Below are positions 9,914 to 23,073 of a stretch of DNA of 64,000 bases, piece after piece. Made by a program: the position numbers and the translations under genes. The stretch is from Escherichia coli (GTDB lineage Bacteria > Pseudomonadota > Gammaproteobacteria > Enterobacterales > Enterobacteriaceae), in assembly GCF_003334335.1 (NCBI RefSeq), contig NZ_QOWQ01000011.1. One strand, given 5' to 3'. The notes beneath the pieces were generated by a model. That model was not told the origin of the DNA and made no database searches. It was given only the letters and a program-made list of their open reading frames with translations. Numbering within the stretch: position 1 is the first letter of the stretch; each line of letters begins with the position of its first letter.

Positions 9914-9965
9914 TTGGTTAAATTGCGAGCGAGATCGCGTCTTCGATTGACTGCAATTTAACCAA
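9914..9965. terminator. Candidate bio operon terminator / long hairpin
   Basis: Perfect 13-bp inverted repeat TTGGTTAAATTGC ... GCAATTTAACCAA with a 26-nt spacer, starting 12 bp after the bioD stop. Confidence 0.35.
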
Positions 9966-10062
9966 TTAAATTCTAAAATAATCACGAAAAAAATTTTACT
10001 TCCGCCTCATGCGGCGAATGTGGGAATTGCCCAGGCGGCGGGGGATAGGGGCTGGAGACAGT

Positions 10063-10085
10063 TATCCACTATTCCTGTGGATAAC
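10063..10085. promoter_or_regulatory. Inverted pair of DnaA boxes upstream of uvrB
   Basis: TTATCCACT ... TGTGGATAA; the second is a perfect match to the DnaA box consensus TTATCCACA on the opposite strand. Confidence 0.55.
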
Positions 10086-10386
10086 CATGTGTATTAGAGT
10101 TAGAAAACACGAGGCAAGCGAGAGAATACGCGGCTTGCACGCGAATTGGCGTTAAAGACGGCTCAAAGAAATATCTTTTATTTTTTAACTGGTTAGATAA
10201 ATGCAATGGCAGTCACTGAACAGGCATCTCTTGCCATAAAACTGTCATCACTCATCTTGACAAATGTTAAAAAAGCCGTTGCTTTGGGGATAACCCGGTA
10301 AGGCCGGAGTTTTATCTCGCCACAGAGTAAATTTTGCTCATGATTGACAGCGGAGTTTACGCTGTATCAGAAATATTATGGTGATG

Positions 10387-10406
10387 AACTGTTTTTTTAT
10401 CCAGTA
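10387..10406 (+). promoter_or_regulatory. LexA (SOS) box of uvrB
   Basis: AACTGTTTTTTTATCCAGTA, of the form CTGT-N8-CCAG, about 75 bp upstream of the uvrB start. Confidence 0.8.
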
Positions 10407-10480
10407 TAATTTGTTGGCATAATTAAGTACGACGAGTAAAATTACATACCTGCCCGCCCAACTCCTTCAGGTAGCGACTC

Positions 10481-12502
<2,022 letters not shown>

Positions 12503-12540
12503 CAGGATAGCGAAGAAGACTGATGACAAACGGAAAACAG

Positions 12541-12637
12541 CCTGATGCGCTACGCTTATCAGGCCTACATTTTCTCCGCAATATATTGAATTTGCGCGGT
12601 TTGTAGGCCGGATAAGGCGTTCACGCCGCATCCGGCA
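12541..12637. repeat. Composite REP unit (two opposed REP palindromes around a shared spacer)
   Basis: CCTGATGCGCTACGCTTATCAGGCCTAC ... CAATATATTGAATTTGC ... GTAGGCCGGATAAGGCGTTCACGCCGCATCCGGCA. Confidence 0.85.
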
Positions 12638-12693
12638 TAAACAACGCGCACTTTGTCTTCAATAGGAAGCCGGAATTTTCCTTCGGATTTCCG

Positions 12694-13662
<969 letters not shown>

Positions 13663-13799
13663 TTAACCTGCCAATATTGAGGATACAAACTATTTTCTTC
13701 TACCTCTAAAGGACGATGCACGCTATGCCTCCCTGATGATGTATATCAAAGTAAAACCGCCATTTTCCCTTATTCTGTAGCGAAATAGCACGATCATGA

Positions 13800-13823
13800 C
13801 GCTATATACATGATTACATAGCG
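13800..13823. promoter_or_regulatory. Candidate ModE binding site in the moaA promoter
   Basis: CGCTATATACATGATTACATAGCG, of the form CGnTATATA-N-TAtAGCG. Confidence 0.45.
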
Positions 13824-13883
13824 AAAGTGTGGATGGTAAAAATCTCATTTACACGCTAGTATCGGCATAACCACTAAACACTC

Positions 13884-13998
13884 TAGCCTCTGCACCTGGG
13901 TCAACTGATACGGTGCTTTGGCCGTGACAATGCTCGTAAAGATTGCCACCAGGGCGAAGGAAGAAATGACTTCGCCTCCCGTATCTGGAAAGGTGTAC
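13884..13998 (+). ncRNA. Moco (molybdenum cofactor) riboswitch-like leader of moaA; boundaries approximate
   Basis: A conserved Moco RNA motif is known directly upstream of moaA in E. coli. Placed by position; I did not check the fold. Confidence 0.5.
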
Positions 13999-14988
13999 AT
14001 GGCTTCACAACTGACTGATGCATTTGCGCGTAAGTTTTACTACTTGCGCCTGTCGATTACCGATGTGTGTAACTTTCGTTGCACCTACTGCCTGCCGGAT
14101 GGCTACAAACCGAGCGGCGTCACCAATAAAGGCTTTCTTACCGTCGATGAAATTCGCCGGGTTACGCGCGCCTTCGCCAGTCTGGGCACCGAAAAAGTGC
14201 GCCTGACAGGAGGAGAGCCGTCTTTACGCCGCGACTTTACCGATATCATCGCCGCTGTGCGGGAAAACGACGCTATCCGCCAGATTGCGGTCACAACCAA
14301 TGGTTACCGTCTGGAACGCGATGTGGCGAGCTGGCGCGATGCGGGACTTACTGGCATTAACGTCAGTGTCGACAGTCTGGACGCCCGCCAGTTTCACGCT
14401 ATTACCGGGCAGGATAAATTCAACCAGGTCATGGCAGGGATTGATGCTGCATTTGAGGCCGGTTTTGAGAAGGTCAAAGTCAATACCGTGCTGATGCGTG
14501 ATGTTAATCATCACCAGCTCGACACCTTTCTGAACTGGATCCAGCATCGCCCTATCCAGCTGCGTTTCATCGAACTGATGGAAACGGGCGAGGGCAGCGA
14601 GCTCTTCCGTAAGCATCACATCTCTGGTCAGGTTCTGCGTGACGAGCTACTGCGTCGCGGCTGGATCCACCAATTACGTCAACGCAGCGACGGTCCCGCG
14701 CAAGTCTTTTGCCATCCAGATTACGCCGGAGAGATTGGCCTTATCATGCCGTATGAAAAAGACTTCTGCGCCACTTGCAACCGCCTGCGCGTTTCCTCCA
14801 TTGGTAAACTCCATCTCTGCCTGTTTGGTGAAGGCGGCGTTAACCTGCGCGATCTGCTGGAAGACGATACCCAGCAACAGGCGCTGGAAGCGCGTATTTC
14901 AGCGGCGCTGCGGGAGAAGAAACAGACCCATTTCCTGCATCAAAACAACACCGGTATTACGCAAAACTTATCGTACATTGGCGGCTAA
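13999..14988 (+). CDS. moaA: GTP 3',8-cyclase (radical SAM)
   Basis: Start set at [31 protein letters not shown] (329 aa). Confidence 0.95.
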   Translation: MASQLTDAFARKFYYLRLSITDVCNFRCTYCLPDGYKPSGVTNKGFLTVDEIRRVTRAFASLGTEKVRLTGGEPSLRRDFTDIIAAVRENDAIRQIAVTTNGYRLERDVASWRDAGLTGINVSVDSLDARQFHAITGQDKFNQVMAGIDAAFEAGFEKVKVNTVLMRDVNHHQLDTFLNWIQHRPIQLRFIELMETGEGSELFRKHHISGQVLRDELLRRGWIHQLRQRSDGPAQVFCHPDYAGEIGLIMPYEKDFCATCNRLRVSSIGKLHLCLFGEGGVNLRDLLEDDTQQQALEARISAALREKKQTHFLHQNNTGITQNLSYIGG

Positions 14989-15009
14989 AACGTCAAAAGG
15001 AGAGATCAG

Positions 15010-15522
15010 ATGAGTCAGGTAAGCACTGAATTTATCCCGACCCGTATTGCTATTCTTACGGTTTCTAATCGTCGCGGTGAAGAAGACGATACCTCCGGTC
15101 ACTATCTGCGCGATTCGGCGCAAGAAGCGGGCCATCACGTTGTCGATAAAGCCATTGTGAAAGAAAACCGCTACGCTATTCGCGCTCAGGTATCTGCGTG
15201 GATCGCCAGCGACGATGTACAAGTGGTATTGATTACGGGTGGTACTGGCCTGACGGAAGGTGATCAGGCTCCCGAAGCATTGCTGCCGTTGTTCGACCGT
15301 GAAGTTGAAGGTTTTGGTGAAGTGTTCCGGATGTTGTCGTTTGAAGAGATTGGCACTTCCACGTTGCAATCTCGTGCGGTAGCGGGCGTCGCCAACAAAA
15401 CGCTGATTTTCGCCATGCCGGGTTCGACCAAAGCGTGCCGTACCGCATGGGAAAATATCATCGCGCCGCAGCTGGATGCCCGTACGCGTCCGTGTAATTT
15501 CCATCCACATTTGAAGAAATAA
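15010..15522 (+). CDS. moaB: Molybdenum cofactor biosynthesis protein B
   Basis: 170 aa, recognised sequence. Confidence 0.93.
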
Positions 15523-15524
15523 GT

Positions 15525-16010
15525 ATGTCGCAACTGACCCATATCAACGCCGCTGGCGAAGCGCACATGGTGGATGTCTCCGCCAAAGCGGAAACCGTGC
15601 GTGAAGCGCGGGCGGAAGCCTTTGTCACCATGCGCAGCGAGACGCTGGCGATGATTATTGATGGTCGCCACCACAAAGGCGACGTATTTGCCACTGCGCG
15701 TATTGCCGGTATTCAGGCGGCAAAACGCACCTGGGATCTGATCCCGCTCTGTCATCCGCTGATGCTCAGCAAAGTTGAAGTCAATTTACAGGCCGAGCCG
15801 GAGCACAATCGGGTGCGTATAGAAACCTTATGCCGCCTGACCGGGAAAACCGGTGTCGAAATGGAAGCATTAACCGCGGCCTCCGTGGCGGCGCTGACCA
15901 TTTATGACATGTGCAAAGCGGTGCAAAAAGATATGGTGATTGGTCCGGTACGTTTGCTGGCGAAGAGCGGCGGCAAGTCGGGTGACTTTAAGGTGGAAGC
16001 GGATGATTAA
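15525..16010 (+). CDS. moaC: Cyclic pyranopterin monophosphate synthase
   Basis: 161 aa, recognised sequence. Confidence 0.95.
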
Positions 16011-16248
16011 AGTTCTTTTTTTCGCCCAGGTGCGCGAGTTGGTGGGAACAGATGCAACCGAAGTGGCTGCGGATTTCCCAACTGTTGAAGCGTTACGCCA
16101 GCACATGGCTGCGCAGAGCGATCGCTGGGCGCTGGCGCTGGAAGATGGCAAATTACTGGCTGCCGTCAACCAGACGCTGGTGAGTTTTGACCATCCGCTG
16201 ACTGACGGCGACGAAGTAGCTTTCTTCCCGCCGGTAACCGGAGGTTAA
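16003..16248 (+). CDS. moaD: Molybdopterin synthase sulfur carrier subunit
   Basis: 81 aa ending in GG; start MIKVLFFAQ at 16003 overlaps the moaC 3' end. Confidence 0.93.
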
Positions 16249-16249
16249 G

Positions 16250-16702
16250 ATGGCAGAAACCAAAATTGTTGTTGGTCCGCAGCCGTTCAGCGTAGGAGAA
16301 GAGTACCCGTGGCTGGCGGAGCGTGACGAAGACGGTGCGGTAGTCACCTTTACTGGTAAGGTGCGCAACCATAACCTGGGCGACAGCGTCAACGCATTAA
16401 CCCTCGAACACTATCCGGGGATGACTGAAAAAGCACTGGCAGAAATTGTTGATGAAGCGCGTAACCGCTGGCCGCTGGGGCGCGTCACTGTGATTCACCG
16501 CATCGGGGAATTATGGCCGGGCGATGAAATCGTTTTTGTCGGTGTCACCAGTGCGCATCGCAGCAGTGCGTTTGAAGCCGGGCAGTTTATTATGGATTAT
16601 CTCAAAACCCGCGCACCGTTCTGGAAGCGCGAAGCCACGCCGGAAGGCGACCGCTGGGTTGAAGCTCGGGAGAGCGATCAGCAGGCGGCAAAACGCTGGT
16701 AG
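16250..16702 (+). CDS. moaE: Molybdopterin synthase catalytic subunit
   Basis: 150 aa, recognised sequence. Confidence 0.95.
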   Translation: MAETKIVVGPQPFSVGEEYPWLAERDEDGAVVTFTGKVRNHNLGDSVNALTLEHYPGMTEKALAEIVDEARNRWPLGRVTVIHRIGELWPGDEIVFVGVTSAHRSSAFEAGQFIMDYLKTRAPFWKREATPEGDRWVEARESDQQAAKRW

Positions 16703-16712
16703 TTTTTTGTTA

Positions 16713-16740
16713 GCCGGATAAGGCACCGCTGCGTCCGGCA
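16713..16740. repeat. Single REP element after moaE
   Basis: GCCGGATAAGGCACCGCTGCGTCCGGCA. Confidence 0.7.
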
Positions 16741-16838
16741 ATTTCACCGCTCAGTACATACGTTTACGCTGCGTCGATGCACAGCCTCATCATTTTGCAG
16801 TATCCTTAAGATATTCCTTATATCTTCAGGAGATCGTC

Positions 16839-17543
16839 ATGGACAGATTCCCACGTTCTGATTCAATCGTACAACCCCGGGCTGGCTTGCAAACTTATAT
16901 GGCTCAAGTCTATGGCTGGATGACCGTTGGCTTGTTGCTGACCGCATTTGTTGCCTGGTATGCGGCTAATTCCGCGGCCGTGATGGAGCTGTTGTTCACT
17001 AACCGTGTCTTTTTAATCGGTCTGATCATCGCGCAATTAGCATTGGTTATTGTGTTATCAGCGATGATTCAAAAGCTGAGCGCAGGTGTAACGACGATGC
17101 TCTTTATGCTTTATTCGGCGCTGACGGGTCTTACGCTTTCCAGTATATTCATTGTCTATACCGCTGCTTCTATCGCCAGTACTTTCGTCGTTACTGCCGG
17201 GATGTTCGGCGCAATGAGCCTGTACGGTTACACCACGAAGCGCGATTTAAGTGGCTTTGGCAATATGCTGTTTATGGCGTTAATCGGCATTGTGCTGGCA
17301 TCGCTGGTCAACTTCTGGTTGAAAAGCGAAGCATTGATGTGGGCAGTTACCTACATCGGCGTGATTGTCTTTGTCGGATTGACGGCGTATGACACGCAGA
17401 AACTGAAAAATATGGGTGAGCAGATTGATACCCGCGACACGTCGAACCTGCGCAAATATTCCATTCTTGGCGCGTTAACCTTGTATCTGGACTTCATCAA
17501 CCTGTTCCTGATGTTGTTGCGGATCTTCGGCAACCGCCGTTAA
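16839..17543 (+). CDS. ybhL: BAX inhibitor-1 family inner membrane protein
   Basis: 234 aa, multi-pass hydrophobic, recognised. Confidence 0.9.
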   Translation: MDRFPRSDSIVQPRAGLQTYMAQVYGWMTVGLLLTAFVAWYAANSAAVMELLFTNRVFLIGLIIAQLALVIVLSAMIQKLSAGVTTMLFMLYSALTGLTLSSIFIVYTAASIASTFVVTAGMFGAMSLYGYTTKRDLSGFGNMLFMALIGIVLASLVNFWLKSEALMWAVTYIGVIVFVGLTAYDTQKLKNMGEQIDTRDTSNLRKYSILGALTLYLDFINLFLMLLRIFGNRR

Positions 17544-17747
17544 TTCTTTTTCACCATCACTATCCCGGCCATGTGTCGGGATTTTTTTCTTACTAAAAAC
17601 GACACTTAACAAGTACCAGGTATAAAATATGCCTTATGGACGAGCGGAAGCGTTTTCTGTATCCATAAATGCAAAAGTATTTTGTATGCGTGGTTTTAAA
17701 TTTATTGATGGTGAATATTAATATTTTTTCTAAGGATAACTAAAAGA

Positions 17748-18461
17748 ATGGAATCATACTCGCAAAACAGCAATAAATTAGATTTTCAGCACGAGGCCAG
17801 GATATTAAACGGTATATGGCTCATTACCGCTTTAGGTTTGGTGGCAACCGCAGGACTAGCCTGGGGAGCTAAGTATCTCGAAATTACGGCAACCAAATAT
17901 GATTCACCACCAATGTATGTCGCCATAGGGTTATTATTACTTTGTATGTATGGCTTAAGTAAGGATATCAACAAGATAAATGCCGCCATCGCGGGCGTAA
18001 TATATCTGTTTTTACTCTCTTTGGTGGCGATTGTCGTTGCAAGTTTAGTTCCTGTATATGCCATTATCATCGTGTTCAGCACTGCGGGCGCGATGTTTTT
18101 AATCAGTATGCTGGCCGGTTTATTATTTAATGTTGATCCTGGTTCTCACCGTTTTATCATTATGATGACGTTGACAGGGTTGGCCCTGGTAATCATCGTG
18201 AATGCGGCATTAATGAGTGAACGGCCCATTTGGGTAATAAGTTGCTTAATGATTGTGTTATGGCCAGGCATTATCTCGCATGGACGAAATAAGCTCCTTG
18301 AACTGGCAGGAAAATGCCATAGTGAAGAGTTGTGGAGTCCGGTTCGTTGCGCTTTTACAGGTGCATTAACACTCTATTACTATTTTATCGGCTTCTTTGG
18401 GATACTTGCCGCGATAGCTATAACGCTTGTCTGGCAAAGGCATACGCGTTTTTTTCATTAG
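17748..18461 (+). CDS. ybhM: BAX inhibitor-1-like inner membrane protein
   Basis: 237 aa, hydrophobic, lower GC than neighbours. Confidence 0.85.
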   Translation: MESYSQNSNKLDFQHEARILNGIWLITALGLVATAGLAWGAKYLEITATKYDSPPMYVAIGLLLLCMYGLSKDINKINAAIAGVIYLFLLSLVAIVVASLVPVYAIIIVFSTAGAMFLISMLAGLLFNVDPGSHRFIIMMTLTGLALVIIVNAALMSERPIWVISCLMIVLWPGIISHGRNKLLELAGKCHSEELWSPVRCAFTGALTLYYYFIGFFGILAAIAITLVWQRHTRFFH

Positions 18462-18496
18462 TCGTAAATGCAGATACTAAAGAACTTAACTGAACT

Positions 18497-19453
18497 TCAC
18501 ATCGCCGCTTCATTTTTCGCTCGTAGCTTTTTCGCCTGGCTTTCCAGCAACAGGTAACAGATCAGCGCCAGCAGCAGTGGGATAAAGTAATACAGCACAC
18601 GGTAAGCGAGCAGGGCGGCGATAATTGTGCCTTTGGTGATATGCTCCCCAGCCAGTAGCGCGATAAACACCGCTTCCAGCACACCAATTCCCGCCGGAAT
18701 ATGCACGATGACGCCTGCAATACTACTAACCAGCAACACGCCCAGTACAAAGAAATAGTTAACGCTTTGACCAAGTAACAGCCAGATAATCGCCCCCATT
18801 ACCATCCAGTTAACGCTGGAAATCAGCATCTGGGCGAGGGCGAATTTCCATGAAGGCAGTACCAGCTTTTGCCCTTTAATGGTCATATGGCGGTGCTTCG
18901 CGAAAGCGCAAAACCACAAATAAACCGCGATAATCATCAGTAAGCCAATGCCGAGAATACGCAGCGTAGTTTGATCGACATACCAGTGATCCGGCAACTC
19001 CACCACGCCTGCGGTAAAGATAATCCCCGCCAGTAAAATATAGCCCAGCCAGTTGGTGGTGATACTGAGCGAGAAAATCCGCGTAATAGTGCTACCGGGC
19101 AACCCCAGACGAGAGTACAAACGATAGCGCATACCAATGCCGCCGACCCAGGTACTGAGTGTCAGGTTGAAGGCGTAGCAGATAAACGACACCAGCATCA
19201 CCTGGCGCTTCGCCAGTTTGTGACCGCAGTAAAAGCGGGCGAGCAGGTCATAGCAGCCGTAAATCAGATAACTGACGACCACCAGCCCGACCGCACTGAG
19301 CAGCGCAACGCGATTGTAGTCACGGATGACCTTCCAGACCTCTTCCCAGTCCACCTTTTTGGCGTAGACCACCAGCAACACAATCACCGCGATAAAAAAC
19401 AGCCAGGTGAGGATCTTCTTTGCTAAGCGCCAGCGCGGGTGTGATTTACTCAT
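18497..19453 (-). CDS. ybhN: Inner membrane protein with lysylphosphatidylglycerol synthase-like transmembrane region
   Basis: 318 aa; its start overlaps the clsB stop. Confidence 0.88.
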   Translation of the reverse strand: MSKSHPRWRLAKKILTWLFFIAVIVLLVVYAKKVDWEEVWKVIRDYNRVALLSAVGLVVVSYLIYGCYDLLARFYCGHKLAKRQVMLVSFICYAFNLTLSTWVGGIGMRYRLYSRLGLPGSTITRIFSLSITTNWLGYILLAGIIFTAGVVELPDHWYVDQTTLRILGIGLLMIIAVYLWFCAFAKHRHMTIKGQKLVLPSWKFALAQMLISSVNWMVMGAIIWLLLGQSVNYFFVLGVLLVSSIAGVIVHIPAGIGVLEAVFIALLAGEHITKGTIIAALLAYRVLYYFIPLLLALICYLLLESQAKKLRAKNEAAM

Positions 19454-20694
19454 CAGGGTTTTACCCCCGTGTTTTCAGTTTCTACCCGATCCTGCGTTTC
19501 CATTGTCGGTTGTGCGGGGGGATCAACCTGCGTCAGACGTGGTGTGTGTGCCGGAAGCCAGCCAACCAGCGCCGGGAAGTGGCGTAAAAAGTGGAACGCC
19601 AGCACGCTTTTGGTCAGGTTCCACCAGGTGCGTTTCGGCAGCATGGTCTCATCGACCTGCTGACAATCTGCGGCAATAATGCCGTTCAGATTATCGCGCA
19701 GCGTCTGGTTAAAATGACGATCGTGGATGATGACATTTGCTTCGAGATTCAGTGACAAACTGAGCGGATCGAGATTACTGGACCCTACTGTCGCCCAGTG
19801 ATCGTCCATCAATGCCACTTTGCCGTGGAGCGGGCGGCGGCGGTACTCAAATACCTGAACGCCGCCTTTAACCAGATAGTTATACAGCAAGCGCGCACCG
19901 ACTCTGACAATCGGCATATCCGGTTCGCCCTGAATGATCAGTTTGATCCGCACCCCGCGCCGTGCCGCTTTACGCAAGGCGTGTAAAAATCGATAGCCGG
20001 GGAAGAAGTAGGCGTTGGCGATAATGACTTCTCGCTGCGCCTGAGTGAGCATTTTCAGATAGTGACGTTCAATATCATCGCGATGTTCTTCGTTATCGCG
20101 CCAGACCAGCAATACCTGCGCTTCTCCCGGCTGGCGGTTCTCTTCCGCTTTGTGATGACGTCGCCACCAGCGTCGTGCCGCGCTCTGTCCAGGCAGGTTT
20201 TCCAGCTCAAACTGGAGAATATCTTCGACAATCGGCCCTTCAAGGCGTACCGCGTAATCCTGTTTAGCCTCTGGACCGTAGCTGGACATATGCTCGGCGG
20301 AGTAATTCAGCCCGCCAATAAAGGCGATACGCGCGTCGATCACCACAATTTTGCGATGCATCCGGCGAAACACATTGGTGCGCATACCAAAAAGGCGAGG
20401 GCGGGGATCGTAGTAGCGAAATACCACGCCAGCTGCCGTCAGTTCATTGACAAACTCATCGCTGAGATCCGGCGAACCGTAGCCATCCAGCAAGACTTCC
20501 GCTTTAACCCCGCGTTGCGCTGCTGCCAGTAGTGCCGCATGCAGCTGTTTGCCGACGTCATCCTCAAACCAGATAAACGTTTCAAGAATGATGCGTTCTT
20601 GTGCCTCGCCAATCGCCTTAAACACCGCGGGATAATATTGCTCGCCGTTTTCCAGCAACTCGATCTTATTGCCTTCACGCCAGCTACATTTCAT
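19453..20694 (-). CDS. clsB: Cardiolipin synthase B (phospholipase D family)
   Basis: 413 aa with two HKD-type motifs (HRKIVVID..., HGKVALMDD...). Confidence 0.93.
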   Translation of the reverse strand: MKCSWREGNKIELLENGEQYYPAVFKAIGEAQERIILETFIWFEDDVGKQLHAALLAAAQRGVKAEVLLDGYGSPDLSDEFVNELTAAGVVFRYYDPRPRLFGMRTNVFRRMHRKIVVIDARIAFIGGLNYSAEHMSSYGPEAKQDYAVRLEGPIVEDILQFELENLPGQSAARRWWRRHHKAEENRQPGEAQVLLVWRDNEEHRDDIERHYLKMLTQAQREVIIANAYFFPGYRFLHALRKAARRGVRIKLIIQGEPDMPIVRVGARLLYNYLVKGGVQVFEYRRRPLHGKVALMDDHWATVGSSNLDPLSLSLNLEANVIIHDRHFNQTLRDNLNGIIAADCQQVDETMLPKRTWWNLTKSVLAFHFLRHFPALVGWLPAHTPRLTQVDPPAQPTMETQDRVETENTGVKP

Positions 20695-21452
20695 AAATGA
20701 ATCTCCGCACTTAAAGGGGCATGATCAGAAAGGTGTCGCCATGTCTGCAGCGGCAACGCGGTTGGCGCGCTGGCGCTGGCATTTTTGACGTAGATCCTGT
20801 CCAGACGTAGTAGAGGAAATTGCACCGGAAACGTGCGCGCCGGGCGTCCGTGGGCGCGGGTAAATATCTCATCCAGCCCGGCCTGCACTTTTAACGGATG
20901 ATTAGCTTTTTGCCGCCAGTCGTTGAAATCACCCGCCACCAATACTGGTTCGCCGTCCGGCAGCTCATTGACCCATTCGGCGAGCATCGCAAGCTGCGCC
21001 TGACGGTGCGCCTCACGCAGGCCCAGATGTACGCACATCACATGAATCGCTTTTCCGGTCATCGGCGGCACAATGCGGCAGTAGAGCACGCCGCGCTTTT
21101 CCGCACCATCGACCGAAACATCGCGATTCTCATAATGTTCAATGGGATAACGCGACAGTACGGCGTTGCCGTGATGCCCTTCCGGGTATACGGCATTGCG
21201 ACCGTAGGCAAAATCGCTCCACATAGTGTCGGCGAGAAACTCGTAGTGCGAGGTATCGGGCCAGTTTTCCACATGCAGCGGATGAACTTCGTGCGCGCCC
21301 ATCACTTCCTGCAGGCAAACAATATCGGCGCTGACGGTACGCACGGCATCGCGAAGTTCCGGCAAAATGAAGCGTCGGTTAAACGCGGTAAAGCCTTTGT
21401 GAATATTGATGGTGAGCACCTTGAACGAAAATTGTTGTGTTTGATCGGGCAT
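20691..21452 (-). CDS. ybhP: Endonuclease/exonuclease/phosphatase family protein
   Basis: 253 aa; 4-bp overlap with clsB. Confidence 0.9.
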   Translation of the reverse strand: MPDQTQQFSFKVLTINIHKGFTAFNRRFILPELRDAVRTVSADIVCLQEVMGAHEVHPLHVENWPDTSHYEFLADTMWSDFAYGRNAVYPEGHHGNAVLSRYPIEHYENRDVSVDGAEKRGVLYCRIVPPMTGKAIHVMCVHLGLREAHRQAQLAMLAEWVNELPDGEPVLVAGDFNDWRQKANHPLKVQAGLDEIFTRAHGRPARTFPVQFPLLRLDRIYVKNASASAPTALPLQTWRHLSDHAPLSAEIHL

Positions 21453-21584
21453 AATTTTCCTGTCTTTGCCTCTTATCTCATTGAAATAGTGTAGTCGGCG
21501 TCACAAAAAGGTGCGGTCTTACGGAATTTTCCGTAAAGTTCGGTACTCTGAGTAAGTAGAGATAAATTCTTCAGGAGAGAAGCC

Positions 21585-21995
21585 ATGAAGTGGCAACAAC
21601 GTGTTCGTGTCGCAACGGGTCTAAGTTGCTGGCAGATTATGTTGCATTTACTGGTAGTGGCGCTGCTGGTGGTGGGCTGGATGAGTAAGACTCTGGTTCA
21701 CGTCGGCGTGGGATTATGCGCACTGTATTGTGTCACGGTAGTGATGATGCTGGTGTTTCAGCGCCACCCCGAGCAACGCTGGCGTGAGGTGGCAGACGTG
21801 CTGGAAGAGCTGACCACGACCTGGTATTTTGGCGCAGCGCTGATTGTGCTGTGGCTGTTGTCCCGCGTACTGGAAAACAACTTTTTGCTGGCAATTGCAG
21901 GGCTGGCGATCCTTGCTGGCCCGGCGGTAGTGTCTTTGCTGGCGAAAGATAAGAAGTTACATCACCTTACGTCTAAACATCGCGTACGCCGCTGA
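21585..21995 (+). CDS. ybhQ: Inner membrane protein YbhQ
   Basis: 136 aa hydrophobic protein; its 3' end overlaps the ybhR 3' end on the other strand. Confidence 0.8.
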
Positions 21996-23063
21996 CCCTG
22001 TCGTGGCCGTTATCACCAGTAGCGGCCACAAACTATTCCACACAATATCCAGACTCGCATCCTTCAAATAAATCTGCTTGGTAATGTCCGTAAAGTGGCG
22101 AATAGGGTTAATCCACGTCAGGTTTTGCAGCCATACTGGCATGTTTTCCACCGGAGAAACGTAACCGGAAAGGAGAATGGCGGGCATCATAAAAACAAAC
22201 ACGCCGATAAACGCCTGCTGTTGTGTCGAGCAGAGTGATGAAATCAACAGACCGAATCCCACCAGCGATAAACCGTAAATCACCATCGTAAAGTAGAACA
22301 GCGCCAGCGATCCGGCGAAGGGGATTTGATACGCCCAGATACCAATCGCCAGCACAATGGTGGCCTGGAAGGTGGCGACAATTAACGCCGGTACGGCTTT
22401 GCCGATGAAGATCTGCCAGGTGGTGAGCGGCGAAACCAGTAGCTGATCGAGCGTACCTTGTTCACGTTCGCGGGCGACGGAAAGTGAAGTGACGATCATT
22501 ACGCCGATAGTGGTGATCATGGCGATCAGCGACGGCACCACAAACCATTTGTAGTCAAGATTCGGGTTATACCAGTTGCGTACCACCAGCTCGCTGTTGT
22601 TAGGTTTCGGTTTTCCTTCCAGCAGCTCCTGCTGATAATTTTTGACGATCTGTTGCAGGTAGTTGGCGGCAATTTGCGCACTGTTGGAGTTACGCCCGTC
22701 GAGGATCAACTGCAACGGCGCGGTCTGGAAGGTATCCAGTTTGCGCGAGAAGTCAGCCGGGAAACGCACCAGTAGTAACGCCTTTTGTGTGTCGATGGTT
22801 GGGCGGATCTCCTGTGGGCTTTTCAGCAGCAGCACATGGGTAAAGGCGCTGGCGCGGGCAAAACGTTGGGTCAGCTCCACCGAATGCTCGCCGTTATCTT
22901 CATCGTAGATGGCGATGGTGGCGTTAGTCACTTCCAGCGTGGCGGCGAACGGGAACAGGATCACCTGAATAAGCACAGGTAAAATCAGAATCGCGCGGGT
23001 TTGTGGTTCGCGCAGCAACGACTGCAACTCTTTGCGGATTAACGTCCATAAGCGATGAAACAT
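21957..23063 (-). CDS. ybhR: ABC-2 type exporter permease
   Basis: 368 aa, recognised. Confidence 0.92.
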
Positions 23064-23073
23064 GCTCTTCTCC

